The position numbers and the translations under genes are program-made. A stretch of DNA of 62,666 bases, the filler included, from Pseudomonadota bacterium (lineage in GTDB: Bacteria; Pseudomonadota; Alphaproteobacteria; Paracaedibacterales; CAIOTO01), in assembly GCA_040387495.1 (NCBI GenBank). It is 4 parts of 3 records of this genome, joined end to end, with 100 filler letters (N's around TTAATTAATTAA, not from the genome) between each part and the next. Parts side by side here need not be neighbours in the genome. Positions count along the whole stretch, not along the records: positions 1 to 21,288 come from JAZKDQ010000013.1; 3 more parts are not named here. The stretch is one strand, 5' to 3'. The notes under the pieces are model-generated. The model searched no databases. It had not been told where the DNA came from and saw only the letters and a list, made by a program, of their open reading frames with translations. Below, in pieces: positions 1-10,910 of the stretch (within the stretch, counting starts at the first letter, position 1; each line of letters starts with the position of its first letter).

Positions 1-42
1 GGCTGAATTTAATGAGACATAATCCGCATCTACCCACTCAAT

Positions 43-960
43 TTGCATAAGAGCCTTTTTAACGCGACACTATTCTTACTTATTACTCAAAAAGTCTGCT
101 TTTCTGCAGAGCTGCCTTCTGATTATCAAAAAGCCTCTCGACACTCCAACATAACGATACCCCCCAAAACAACCCATACAGAAAATTCTTCTTACATTTG
201 GCTGCAGAATATTCCACAGGATGTAAAAATAATAAACAATAATCTTCACGAAAAATATGGCTCTCATATTCAACTTTCACCTAAAGGTTATGCTGAAATT
301 TTATCAATTTCAGAAAAAAAATATGAACTAGAAGGTATATTTTGTGGAGCTGAAATGGATCAAGTAACACTTGTGTGGAATACAGGATCATGGGGGATAT
401 TAACGCCAAAAAGAAAATATAAAACGTTTAATTTAGAACAGAGGCCTGTTGCTACTGTTGATGTATCGTTGCACTTTCAAGCAAGCTCACCTTTACCACG
501 ATCTAAAATGATTGTGCTATCAACCGTTTCTTTAACAACACCAACTGTTATGGAAGTTAGCAATCAATACAACAATCAAACACAACAATTTAAGCCTCCA
601 TTTACTACGGATGAAATAACAGGCCCCACATATTTGCCACAAACCCCTGCTCAGCGTCAGACCGATAAACATTCCAGCCAGCGTAGATATGCAAAAGAAT
701 ATCCTGATATGGATAGACAACAAGCAATAAATGCATTTTTTCGAATATACAGAAAATATCCTGATATTTGTAATACGTTTACAATTGAACCTAATACATT
801 AGAACAAATATCACGTGATTTTATAAAATATGGGCATCCAACAGGATTAGATGTTGCTCTGCATGATAATAATACTCATATGTTGATACTGATATGGGAT
901 AAGGAGAAAAAATTTCACTATAAACTTGTTTCAAATAAGCGATTGCCAGCTAGATTTTAG
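43..960 (+). CDS. Hypothetical protein with probable N-terminal signal peptide
   Basis: 305-aa ORF with TTG start. The N-terminus (KSLFNATLFLLITQKVCFS-A) looks like a Sec signal. No family recognised. Confidence 0.6.
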   Translation: MHKSLFNATLFLLITQKVCFSAELPSDYQKASRHSNITIPPKTTHTENSSYIWLQNIPQDVKIINNNLHEKYGSHIQLSPKGYAEILSISEKKYELEGIFCGAEMDQVTLVWNTGSWGILTPKRKYKTFNLEQRPVATVDVSLHFQASSPLPRSKMIVLSTVSLTTPTVMEVSNQYNNQTQQFKPPFTTDEITGPTYLPQTPAQRQTDKHSSQRRYAKEYPDMDRQQAINAFFRIYRKYPDICNTFTIEPNTLEQISRDFIKYGHPTGLDVALHDNNTHMLILIWDKEKKFHYKLVSNKRLPARF

Positions 961-1114
961 ATAAAATAAAGATATGCCGGCACAACCAAAGCAACATTGT
1001 TTTTTAATTTTGTCTTAGTAACTTTATATGAAACACATACAATCCACGGAGAAATGAAAACGCCGAGTTAATAGATCAATGCTCGCTATAATTGGATTTA
1101 ATCTCAGTGCAGAA

Positions 1115-1894
1115 TCACCTAGATTTTTTTTCTTCATTTGAAACGTCGCGAATTTCTGCTCGTAAATAAGAAGAAGGCACTGGCAAAAGATTACCTTGGA
1201 TTAACAAGTAACTCATAGCTTCATAATTGTTATCATTGCATGCATTTACAAATGATTTATCAACGTAATGTTGAATCACACCCAGCAACTCAGCTGGAAC
1301 ATACTTACACGGTATCACTGTGTACAATAGTGGCACTGCAGCCAAAGCTATCCCAGCCAACGCTATTCCATGCACAACATTTTGATCTACATTTACGAAT
1401 GCCAGGGGAACTGTAGAGAAAGCCAGAAAAGATATTGATCTCTTGCAAAATGATTGAATTGTTGCTTGTCTGTTAAGGTTCTGGTAATCAAGCCAACCTG
1501 CTTGCTTTGCATGCTGCAGTACAAGAGACTCGGCAGTCTTAAATTTTTTTTGAGCAAAAAGATCTGGTAGAGTAGAAAAATAAGCAAGGGTGCTGCCCGT
1601 ATTTAATACAAAAGAGTTCTGAAAAAGCAGTGCATCTTTCACATCATTTGCAGCGTCAATATCGATATTATGAGTTTCATACTCTACATTACTCATAACT
1701 TCTTTAGTGTGCACAGAAGAATTTGAAGAATTTTCTGTAGTCTCATCATATATAGAAATAAATTTAGTAGGGCGCTGGTCTAAATTTTGCGTGCAAATTG
1801 GATTTGACGTGTTCGATTCACAATATTCAGAATTAGCTCCTATCACTAAGGTTGACTGAATCATAATGGCAAATATGACTAAATTTCTAAACAT
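1115..1894 (-). CDS. Hypothetical exported/membrane protein
   Basis: 259 aa, signal-peptide-like N-terminus and two hydrophobic segments (ISFLAFSTVPLAFV; GIALAGIALAAVPLLYTVI). AGGG RBS upstream. Confidence 0.65.
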   Translation of the reverse strand: MFRNLVIFAIMIQSTLVIGANSEYCESNTSNPICTQNLDQRPTKFISIYDETTENSSNSSVHTKEVMSNVEYETHNIDIDAANDVKDALLFQNSFVLNTGSTLAYFSTLPDLFAQKKFKTAESLVLQHAKQAGWLDYQNLNRQATIQSFCKRSISFLAFSTVPLAFVNVDQNVVHGIALAGIALAAVPLLYTVIPCKYVPAELLGVIQHYVDKSFVNACNDNNYEAMSYLLIQGNLLPVPSSYLRAEIRDVSNEEKKSR

Positions 1895-1994
1895 TTCATT
1901 CCCTAAAAAGCATTTAACGCAAAAATAGATTATTTTCTATTACATTCAAAAGAACGTATGATATTTTCTTAAGGTTTGCAATGGTTCTTTATTT

Positions 1995-4900
1995 CTACCC
2001 GCATACCTGCAACAACGTCGCCTTTTGATTCGGCGTGACGTCATACCCGCCAGTAAGAGTCACTTTAATGGTGCCAATACCTATAACCGGCACCAGAAAA
2101 TGCAATACTGTTCGGCCTTTTTTAAGGTTTTGTACAATCTCACCAAGGTGGACAACATTCGCGAGCTTGGGATTAATGGGCAGCTCTAGCGAGTCAACTT
2201 TAGCCTTATTATCTAGCGGTTCTAACCCTTGCCCAGTCAGACGGAAATTATCGTCGCCATCGGCTTTAAGGTTACCTGTCACATACACAGCTTGCCCAGG
2301 AATCAACTTGTCACGCACGGCTGTAAAGGCCTCTGAAAAGAACGCAACCTCAAACACACCTGTCAGATCTGTCAATGACACAAATGCAAAACGGTCACCT
2401 TTTTTTGATGTCCGCTCTTGCTTAGTCAATATAATCCCTGCAAGCGATACAGACTGATTACTGCTCGTTGCGCGCTCAAGCAGATCGCAACTTTTCACAA
2501 TACCTAATTGGCCCAGCACATCTTTATACATATCAAGTGGATGCGCGCTTAAATAAAACCCAATGGCATCAAATTCTTTTTGCAAACGATCAAGCGGCGT
2601 CCATTCCATCACATTTGGCAATGGAACTTCTTTTTCTGTTTCACTGGCTGTAGTGCCAAACAACATGCGTTGCTTACTTGTTTTCTCAGACCGTATTTGT
2701 TGCGAAATTCCCAATAATGCTTCTAAGGCTTCGTTTAATTGACGACGATTAGAATGCAAACAGTCAAAAGCACCAGCATTCACCATATTCTCCAACTGTC
2801 GTTTATTTATAATGCCTGGATCAATGCGCGTTGCAAAATCACGTAAGTTTTTAAACGGACCATTCTTTGCACGCTCTGCAATCAATGATTCCATTGCCTG
2901 CGCCCCTACACCTTTAAGCCCCGCAAGCGCATACCTGATGCCACCATCTTCTACGTTAAAATTCACACCTGAATCATTCACACTTGGGGACAGCAACGGT
3001 ATTTCTTGGCGGTCAAGATCCTGACGGTAAACATTCAGTTTGTCTGTGTTGTGCATATCCAATGTCATCGTTGCCGCGAAAAACTGTAGCGGATAATTGG
3101 CTTTTAAATAAGCCGTTTGATAGGCGAGCAAAGCATATGGCGCAGAGTGAGATTTGTTAAAACCGTACCCTGCGAACTTTGCCATTTGATCAAAAATCTG
3201 TGATGCAATATTCGGTTTAATACCATTTTTAATGGCGCCTTCGGTGAACAATGCACGCTGCGCATCCATTTCGGATTTAATTTTCTTACCCATCGCACGA
3301 CGCAGCAAGTCAGCGGCACCAAGCGTATACCCACCCAAAACCTGGGCGATCTGCATAACCTGCTCTTGATAAACCATAACGCCATAAGTAGGTTCTAGAA
3401 TATCTTTTAACAATGGATGCAGATACGTAACGGCTTCTTCGCCGTGCTTACAGGCAAGATAACGTGGAATATCATCCATCGGGCCAGGACGATAGAGTGC
3501 CACAAGCGCAATCAAATCTTCGAACCGGTCAGGCTGCAAACGACGCAACACATCACGCATACCAGCACTTTCCAACTGGAATATACCGACGGCCTCAACC
3601 CGGCAGAGCAGCGCAAACGTCGCTGGGTCATCCAAGGGAATGGTATGAATTCTAAAATCTTTGCCTGTTAATGTCCGCACCAATTGACAGCACGATTCAA
3701 CTACAGTCAGTGTTTTTAGTCCTAAAAAGTCAAACTTCACTAAACCCGCTGTTTCAACATATTTCATGTTGAATTGCGTCACAGCCAAGTCAGACTTTTC
3801 ATCGCGATACAGCGGAACTAGCTCATCAAGCGGGCGATCACCAATTACAACACCCGCTGCGTGCGTCGATGCGTGGCGATATAAGCCTTCCAGCTTCATC
3901 CCCATATCCATTAACCGAGCAACCATTTCATCGTCATCACGTTGCTGTTTTAAGAGTGGCTCGTGCTCAATCGATTGAGCCAGAGTCATTGGATTCGCTG
4001 GGTTATTCGGAATCATCTTACAGATACGGTCGATCTGACCATATGGCATCTGCAGCACGCGCCCAACATCACGAATCACAATACGCGCCTGCAATTTACC
4101 AAAAGTAATGATATGTGCCACACGATCCATACCGTATTTTTCGCAGACGTAACGAATTACCTCGTCACGGCGATCTTGGCAAAAGTCCACGTCAAAGTCA
4201 GGCATTGAAACACGTTCTGGGTTCAAGAAACGTTCGAACAGTAGATTAAATCGAATAGGGTCCATATCGGTAATAAGCAACGACCATGCCACGAGCGAAC
4301 CCGCCCCCGAACCACGACCTGGCCCCACAGGAATACCCTTATCTTTTGCCCATTTAATGAAATCGGATACGATCAAAAAGTACCCAGGAAAACCCATCCG
4401 TTCAATAATGCCAAGCTCGTACCGCAGGCGTTCCGTATATTGTGTGCGAAGTTCCTGGTGTTGCTCTGTCGGGAATCGATTAAAAACTTCTTCCGTCAAG
4501 CGTATTTCAAGACCTGCATGGGATTGATCCCACATTTCTTCTGTTTCACTGCGCCCTGATTCTGTAGGAAAACTCGGCAAAATTGGTTTACGCGGAAGCG
4601 GCCTGTAATGACAACGGCGCGCAATGTTAACTGTGTTTTGAATAGCTTCAGGAAGATCTGCAAAAACCTCTTTCATCTCCGCAGCTGATCTAAAATAGTG
4701 ACGTGGTGTCTCTACACGGCGTTGATCTTGTTCAACATACGTACCGGCGGCAATACACAGCAATGCATCGTGCGCATCATACATATCAGGGGTACCAAAG
4801 AATACATTGTTCGTCGCCACGAGTGGCATATCAAAACGAAGTGCAAGATCAAGAAAATCAGGTTCCAACTGTTGCTGAAGCGGTATGCCATGACGTTGTA

Positions 4901-5459
4901 ATTCCATATACAAACGGTTGGGAAACAAATCGAGCAATGTTTTAATAAAACCTTCAGAACATTCTTTACGTACGTCTTCACTGCCAAGTTGTAGTAACTG
5001 TGCAAGCGTACCTTCATGCGCACCTGTTAAACAAATAACGCCATCCGTATGCTTTGCAAGTTCAGCCATGGTGATATGCGCACCAATCAAGCCCTGTTCC
5101 TTGAAATACGCAAGGCTTACAAGTTTCATCAGGTTCATATAACCTGCTTCGTTTTGCGCAAGAAAAACCATCGGAGCTGGCGTCGTTGTTATTTTGGGAT
5201 AAAATGTGGAAAGGTCAATGGTCAGCTGACACCCAATAATGGGCTGAATCCCTGCATCTGCTGCCGCCATGGAAAATTCCAGGGCACCAAACATATTATT
5301 GGTATCGGTTAGGGCAACCGCCGGCATTTTCTGCTTTTGACAGAGCTTTGGCAAGCTCTTCATCAAAATAGCGCCTTCGGTCAGCGAATAGGCCGAATGC
5401 ACGCGAAGGTGAATGAACCCATCGTAGAAAGCTGTGGATGAAGAGGTTTTCGAAGACAA
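1995..5459 (-). CDS. dnaE: DNA polymerase III alpha subunit
   Basis: PHP domain (HLRVHSAYSL), GPGRGSGAGS, RVSMPDFDVDF catalytic motif, YGFNKSH, C-terminal OB fold. Confidence 0.98.
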   Translation of the reverse strand: MSSKTSSSTAFYDGFIHLRVHSAYSLTEGAILMKSLPKLCQKQKMPAVALTDTNNMFGALEFSMAAADAGIQPIIGCQLTIDLSTFYPKITTTPAPMVFLAQNEAGYMNLMKLVSLAYFKEQGLIGAHITMAELAKHTDGVICLTGAHEGTLAQLLQLGSEDVRKECSEGFIKTLLDLFPNRLYMELQRHGIPLQQQLEPDFLDLALRFDMPLVATNNVFFGTPDMYDAHDALLCIAAGTYVEQDQRRVETPRHYFRSAAEMKEVFADLPEAIQNTVNIARRCHYRPLPRKPILPSFPTESGRSETEEMWDQSHAGLEIRLTEEVFNRFPTEQHQELRTQYTERLRYELGIIERMGFPGYFLIVSDFIKWAKDKGIPVGPGRGSGAGSLVAWSLLITDMDPIRFNLLFERFLNPERVSMPDFDVDFCQDRRDEVIRYVCEKYGMDRVAHIITFGKLQARIVIRDVGRVLQMPYGQIDRICKMIPNNPANPMTLAQSIEHEPLLKQQRDDDEMVARLMDMGMKLEGLYRHASTHAAGVVIGDRPLDELVPLYRDEKSDLAVTQFNMKYVETAGLVKFDFLGLKTLTVVESCCQLVRTLTGKDFRIHTIPLDDPATFALLCRVEAVGIFQLESAGMRDVLRRLQPDRFEDLIALVALYRPGPMDDIPRYLACKHGEEAVTYLHPLLKDILEPTYGVMVYQEQVMQIAQVLGGYTLGAADLLRRAMGKKIKSEMDAQRALFTEGAIKNGIKPNIASQIFDQMAKFAGYGFNKSHSAPYALLAYQTAYLKANYPLQFFAATMTLDMHNTDKLNVYRQDLDRQEIPLLSPSVNDSGVNFNVEDGGIRYALAGLKGVGAQAMESLIAERAKNGPFKNLRDFATRIDPGIINKRQLENMVNAGAFDCLHSNRRQLNEALEALLGISQQIRSEKTSKQRMLFGTTASETEKEVPLPNVMEWTPLDRLQKEFDAIGFYLSAHPLDMYKDVLGQLGIVKSCDLLERATSSNQSVSLAGIILTKQERTSKKGDRFAFVSLTDLTGVFEVAFFSEAFTAVRDKLIPGQAVYVTGNLKADGDDNFRLTGQGLEPLDNKAKVDSLELPINPKLANVVHLGEIVQNLKKGRTVLHFLVPVIGIGTIKVTLTGGYDVTPNQKATLLQVCG

Positions 5460-5626
5460 AATTAGGGCTTAATATGTTGTTTTGTATACTTAAGATATAC
5501 GCGTATTAGGGTGAGGATTCAAGGCACAAGGCATATTCTAAAACAAAGATCTTAAAGTTTTACATTGACATTAATCATATGAAAATTTATATTTTATATG
5601 ATTATAATTAAATAGAAATAAATAAA

Positions 5627-6775
5627 TTGAATAAAGCATTGTTAATTCTATCTGCATTTCTTTCAACAGAATCTATTGCAATACAAAGACCTATTCCAGA
5701 AGATAATGACACACTACTATGTATTCAATACACCTCAAAATGGCACGAACATCACGAAGCAAGTATACGGTTAGAATGGAAACAGTCTCTGCAAGGACAT
5801 TTTAATGATTTACCACTTAATAATGAAGTCCTTTGGGAAGGTGATTATTTAGGTGGCAACAAAATGTCCTGCGCTATATTTGACAACTACAAAAATCCAA
5901 GTTATTTTCAAAATCCTCATTTTTACAAAGTCACCAAAGGTGAGAAAATCTTCTTATTGCTTGGCACACTGCATATAGCACAGCTATGGATGTTGGAATG
6001 GCCACTAAACAACCTTCAAACAGAACTATTAAACTGTGACACTCTCATATGTGAACGATATGATGAAGAAAATCCTGACTTTGTAAATGAAAGACAGCAA
6101 TATATTGTGAAAAAATACACTAACCCATCAAATGATTGGTTTGGATTGCTGCCAGATGCTGAACAAAGAAGGCTACATAAAATATGCGAGATATCAAATC
6201 AACTTTCTTTAATTGATTTGAATTTTGACATAAGAATTTTACCTACTTTTATTGAAAGTATATTCATGTCAATATCTATGGATTTTGATATTCAAGATCA
6301 TTTTAAAAAAAACAATAAAAAAATAATAGGCCTCGACACAACAGAAGAACATTTAGATATGTTTGATAAATATTTAAAAACAGAAAAAGAAGCCTGCTTT
6401 AATGAATTAAAAAAAATAATACAAGACAGCATTCATTGTGGAGGAAATTTAAATGATAGTAAAATTATAGAGACAATTAAGCATTATTTATCAGGCAACA
6501 TTCATCTTTTGTCTCCACTTGGTATCGATGGCACTGACCTAGAATTAACTAAGCAAAATGAGAACTGGTGGGAACGATTGGCTACCTTACTAAATGATCA
6601 TAGTAATCCTTGTGTAGTTGTGGGACTTGCACATTGCATAGGTAAAAATAGTTTTCTTGATTTTGCTTTCAAAGAAGATTGGCACGTCCAAAAATGGAAC
6701 AAAGCAAATGCATGTTTTGATGCTGATCTTACACACCCAGATATTCTAATAAACTTTAATCGTAATTTTGTATAA
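5627..6775 (+). CDS. TraB/GumN (TIKI-like) family protein with signal peptide
   Basis: Motifs LLGTLH, MDFDI, IIGLDT, QNENW and VVVGLAH occur in the order expected for TraB/GumN. N-terminal signal peptide. Confidence 0.7.
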   Translation: MNKALLILSAFLSTESIAIQRPIPEDNDTLLCIQYTSKWHEHHEASIRLEWKQSLQGHFNDLPLNNEVLWEGDYLGGNKMSCAIFDNYKNPSYFQNPHFYKVTKGEKIFLLLGTLHIAQLWMLEWPLNNLQTELLNCDTLICERYDEENPDFVNERQQYIVKKYTNPSNDWFGLLPDAEQRRLHKICEISNQLSLIDLNFDIRILPTFIESIFMSISMDFDIQDHFKKNNKKIIGLDTTEEHLDMFDKYLKTEKEACFNELKKIIQDSIHCGGNLNDSKIIETIKHYLSGNIHLLSPLGIDGTDLELTKQNENWWERLATLLNDHSNPCVVVGLAHCIGKNSFLDFAFKEDWHVQKWNKANACFDADLTHPDILINFNRNFV

Positions 6776-6816
6776 CTTGTGCCGCACTGCATTTTTATAC
6801 AACTAAAGATTTTCTT

Positions 6817-7845
6817 TCACACATGCGGCTCAGCCGATTTAAGCACAATATCCACAACGCCATTTGGATTAAATTGATCGACAAATTGTTTGTACATTAT
6901 CATGCCTGTTTGACGTTCTACCTTCGTTAAAAGCATCTGCTGACCATAAAGCGCTATATCTTCTACAATACGCGCATGACGATAATAGGCCAGGATTGTT
7001 CTATTGACCTCTGTTTTGCCATAGCTTTTATAAAAAAGCTCTTCCTCATGAAGTTTATTCCATGCATTCGCAACCCCTCCGCCGATAAACATAAGATCAC
7101 GTTCTTTAGGGGCCCTAATAGGATCATCCCAATCAAGTATATATAACCCATCATTCTCATCAATCAACACATTGCCAGCATGAATATCGGAATGACACAA
7201 TACGAATTGAGAAGGTTGCCCTCGGATCTGTTGAACTAGCTTTTCTGCTGCATCGATCAGTCGGAAAATTGTCACTTTATATTTAATCATAAACAGTTCT
7301 AACTGCACGGCTATTTCATCATTAATCGGCCGAGATTTAATCGATTGGCATTCAATATGGCGATAAAGTGACCGAACAATTTCTCCCCATTTAAATGCAT
7401 AACTTTCTTTTCTGATTTTCATTTGCAATTCAAATGGCGCCTTAATATCGTGAATTTTCCGCATCACCTTACCAAGCGTGCGCCATTGGCTATCACTTAA
7501 ATCACGATTCAATCCATTCTCCCACTCAATAAAGGGAGACGCACATAACGTAAAATCATCACCAATAGCCTGAATAGGCAGGCCATCAGTAGTTTTGATA
7601 ATGGGGATAATCTGCCTAATGCCCGCATTTTCTAACAGCTCTATTACACGAACACTAATATTATGGTTTTTTCCCCGTTTTAGTTTTACGAAATAAGTTG
7701 ACTTATCAGTAGCCAGAGCTTTATATACTGAAGCATTTATATCTGCTCCCCAAAGAAGTGGGGTAAGCACAGTAAATTCGATACCATAAGCGTTCTGTAG
7801 ACAATCAATAATGTGTTGATTTAAAATGGATAGTTTTTCTATCAT
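6817..7845 (-). CDS. Aminoglycoside phosphotransferase, APH(9)-like (spectinomycin phosphotransferase family)
   Basis: VLCHSDIHAGNVL and DWDDPIRAPKERDLMFIGGG motifs, plus ILAYYRHARIVEDIA, as recalled for Legionella APH(9)-Ia. ATG at 7845 follows a GAGGG RBS (the ORF track starts at TTG 7860). Confidence 0.85.
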   Translation of the reverse strand: MIEKLSILNQHIIDCLQNAYGIEFTVLTPLLWGADINASVYKALATDKSTYFVKLKRGKNHNISVRVIELLENAGIRQIIPIIKTTDGLPIQAIGDDFTLCASPFIEWENGLNRDLSDSQWRTLGKVMRKIHDIKAPFELQMKIRKESYAFKWGEIVRSLYRHIECQSIKSRPINDEIAVQLELFMIKYKVTIFRLIDAAEKLVQQIRGQPSQFVLCHSDIHAGNVLIDENDGLYILDWDDPIRAPKERDLMFIGGGVANAWNKLHEEELFYKSYGKTEVNRTILAYYRHARIVEDIALYGQQMLLTKVERQTGMIMYKQFVDQFNPNGVVDIVLKSAEPHV

Positions 7846-7947
7846 TTCACCCTCTGACAAAAGTGCTCGACGAACTGCGGCTCATTCCTCATCTTTACAC
7901 TTTATTTGCAATTTGGGTAATCCCTATTCAGTAGTTCTCCCGCACAT

Positions 7948-9327
7948 CTATCGCTGCAACGTCAGCTTCATCGCATAGTGCCTCTTACGATCACTCGATG
8001 ATGCAATGCCTAAAATTGTGCGATACTTAGAAATCGTGCGCCGTGCCACCGTTAACCCTTTTGATTGCAAAATGTTCACCAAATCTTCGTCTGACAAAGG
8101 ACTATTTTTAGGTTCTTCCTGAATAATTTGCTTTAACGCGTTTTGAATTTCATTTGACGATGTATTTGTATTCGTATTCTTTACACCGACGGAACTTACA
8201 AACAATGATTTAAGCTCAAACATCCCGCGTGGTGTTTGGATATATTTAGAGGTCGTTATACGGCTAACCGTACTTTCATGCACGCCAGCTGCCTCAGCAA
8301 TTTCTTTAAGGGTCATTGGTTTCAACGCATTATTCGATGATGCAAAAAAATCCTGTTGCCAATGCACAATTTCAGACGATACCTGCAGCAACGTCACCGC
8401 GCGTTTTTGAAGCGATTGAATCAACCAATTGGCGGCCGCAAACTTTTCTTTTAAATAACTCAGTTCTTCAGCACGGTTAACTTTGCCTTTGATATCATTA
8501 TAGTACTGACTGTTCACAAGAACGCGTGGTTGATTATGAAAATTAAGCGCAACCGCTAAGGTACCATCCGACTGGGCCGTAACCCGAACATCATGCATGA
8601 TCCCAGTAATAGTATCATTTTGCACAAAAGCATGCGCGGGTCTAAATTGCAAATGCCGCAACTGCCCCAAAAATTCTTTAAATGTATTGAGATTGAGCTG
8701 CGCAGTTTTGGCGACTTCTGCAATATCGTGGCGCTCTAACTGCTGGAAAGCATCAAGCATCACATCCAGCTGATTTATATCAATAGTGTTTTTCTCTATC
8801 AGTTGTATTTTAAGTGATTCAGAAACAGACCGTGCGAAAATACCAGGCGGATCAAAGGTTTGTAAAATACTAAGTACATATTCTACCTGCCCATCTGTTA
8901 CACTCAAAATCTCAGCCACCTCAACCCAATCACTATCCAACAGTCCATCTTCATCAAGATGCAGCATAAGTTCAAAAGCAATTAATTGATCAACGTCATC
9001 GGGAAATGCCATGTGAATTTGTTCAATTAGATATTCACCCAGTGTCTTTTGTGTTTTCCATAAAGGCGTTTGATCTGCATCATCGGGGGCTGCAGAACTA
9101 CGTTCTTCAAAAGAATCCGAGCCATCGCTGTCAGAATCATTACTATCATCCCCAGAGCAATCATCCATCTCCTGATTCAAAAGAGGGTTTTCCAGCAGTT
9201 GCTGATCTACATACGCATTCAATTCAGCCGTTGATAGTTGCAACAAGGCAATCGCCTGCTGCAAGCGCGGCGTCATCGATAGTTCGGCGGTTTGGCGAAC
9301 CGTTATATTTTGTTCATGTCTCATCAT
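7948..9327 (-). CDS. rpoN: RNA polymerase sigma-54 factor
   Basis: Region I MTPRLQQAIALLQL, HESTVSR helix-turn-helix, RpoN box ARRTISKYR. Confidence 0.95.
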   Translation of the reverse strand: MMRHEQNITVRQTAELSMTPRLQQAIALLQLSTAELNAYVDQQLLENPLLNQEMDDCSGDDSNDSDSDGSDSFEERSSAAPDDADQTPLWKTQKTLGEYLIEQIHMAFPDDVDQLIAFELMLHLDEDGLLDSDWVEVAEILSVTDGQVEYVLSILQTFDPPGIFARSVSESLKIQLIEKNTIDINQLDVMLDAFQQLERHDIAEVAKTAQLNLNTFKEFLGQLRHLQFRPAHAFVQNDTITGIMHDVRVTAQSDGTLAVALNFHNQPRVLVNSQYYNDIKGKVNRAEELSYLKEKFAAANWLIQSLQKRAVTLLQVSSEIVHWQQDFFASSNNALKPMTLKEIAEAAGVHESTVSRITTSKYIQTPRGMFELKSLFVSSVGVKNTNTNTSSNEIQNALKQIIQEEPKNSPLSDEDLVNILQSKGLTVARRTISKYRTILGIASSSDRKRHYAMKLTLQR

Positions 9328-9476
9328 ACGTTTAAGTATAAAGAGCTAATCCTTTATTTTAAGTAAACGGGAAAAGAGTTTTTATGCGTTTTTTGTTTAA
9401 ATATCACGTATTTATGAATTTCTCAAAAGTGGATAATCACTAATTGTAACAGCAATAAGTTCAATCATGCGTACGT

Positions 9477-10073
9477 TTACCATGTGACCTCTAAACTTGG
9501 CAGATCACTCTCAGAAAACATAGAATAGGTTTGCAGCTCAGCAAGTTTGCCATCTTTCCTTGGCCAGCCACCTTTCTGGACATATTCCAGTTTAAACCCT
9601 AATTTTAAAGGAATCCTCGTCGAGGGTATATTTTCAGCATCACAAAAAATTTCAAGTTTTTTAGCGTTTAAAAGCTTAAAAGCAAGGACACACAAAGCAT
9701 GGCAGCTTTCTGTGGCATAACCCTTTGATCGTTCGCGCTTGCGAATAAAATATGAAATGCCAAATTGTGGTACCAGCCAGTTTGCTTGAAAAGAGGGAAA
9801 AGCACATCTTCCCATAATTTCGTTTGTGCTTTTATCGATAATGAGATAGCGAATAAAGTCTCTCAATATAAAATCAGCATGATGTTTACGGCAGTCTTCT
9901 TCAACTGTTTCAGCACTTGGCTTTTTTTCTGGCCAATTCAACCACTGCACATAATTTTCATAACCATCACTAATGGCATGATATAATGACTCACCAAATC
10001 CAGCTTTTGGCATTTGCAAGATTAAGCGTGGTGTTTCAATGATTTCTGGTAAATTTATTAATATACGATTCAT
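9477..10073 (-). CDS. GNAT family N-acetyltransferase (RimJ/RimL type)
   Basis: IETPRLIL start, RSKGYATE acetyl-CoA motif, ENIPSTRIPLKLGF. Confidence 0.85.
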   Translation of the reverse strand: MNRILINLPEIIETPRLILQMPKAGFGESLYHAISDGYENYVQWLNWPEKKPSAETVEEDCRKHHADFILRDFIRYLIIDKSTNEIMGRCAFPSFQANWLVPQFGISYFIRKRERSKGYATESCHALCVLAFKLLNAKKLEIFCDAENIPSTRIPLKLGFKLEYVQKGGWPRKDGKLAELQTYSMFSESDLPSLEVTW

Positions 10074-10140
10074 AAGGTGCTTGCGGTTTTATCATAAAAT
10101 TGAGCTTACAACTTTTGTTATATATGACATCACTTCTTCT

Positions 10141-10893
10141 TTAAAGACTAAACCGTTCACCCAAATAAACGCGGCGGACATTTTCGTTGCTTATAATTTC
10201 TTCAGGGGTGCCTTCGCATAAGACTTGACCGCCAGCTATAATATAGGCGCGATCAACGATGTCTAACGTTTCACGTACGTTATGATCAGTAATCAAAATT
10301 CCGATCCCAAGCGATTTTAAATGCAAAATAACTTCACGAATTTCACCAACAGCAATAGGGTCAATACCAGCAAGTGGTTCGTCGAGCAACAAGAAATGTG
10401 GACGTGTTGCTAACGCCCGTGCAATTTCTACGCGGCGACGCTCACCACCCGACAAAGCAATTGCTGGCGATCCACGCAAATGACTGATCGAAAATTCATC
10501 TAACAACAAATTCAAAAAATTGTGTCGTTTGTCGTAATCTTTTTCATACAACTCAAGTGCTGCGAGAATGTTTTCTTCCACAGTCATGCCGCGAAAAATC
10601 GATGCATCTTGGGGCAAATAGCCAATCCCGCTACGCGCTCTAAAATAAAGCGGTGTATGCGTAATATCATCACCATTAAGATAAATTTTGCCAAGATCAG
10701 GTTTTACAAGACCTGTTAAAATGGAAAAACAGGTGGTCTTCCCAGCGCCATTAGGGCCCAACAACCCAACAGCTTCACCTTCTGTCAGGCTTAAGTCAAT
10801 TCCTTGCAAAATAGGCCGCTTGCCATATGTTTTACTGATTTGTTTGGCTACAAGTGTTGATGGAGTGGTTGATTGACTAGAAGTAGTTGGCAT
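10141..10893 (-). CDS. lptB: LPS export ABC transporter ATP-binding protein
   Basis: [46 protein letters not shown]-terminal VYLGERF. Confidence 0.96.
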   Translation of the reverse strand: MPTTSSQSTTPSTLVAKQISKTYGKRPILQGIDLSLTEGEAVGLLGPNGAGKTTCFSILTGLVKPDLGKIYLNGDDITHTPLYFRARSGIGYLPQDASIFRGMTVEENILAALELYEKDYDKRHNFLNLLLDEFSISHLRGSPAIALSGGERRRVEIARALATRPHFLLLDEPLAGIDPIAVGEIREVILHLKSLGIGILITDHNVRETLDIVDRAYIIAGGQVLCEGTPEEIISNENVRRVYLGERFSL

Positions 10894-10910
10894 TTAAAGT
10901 TCCTATTCTC

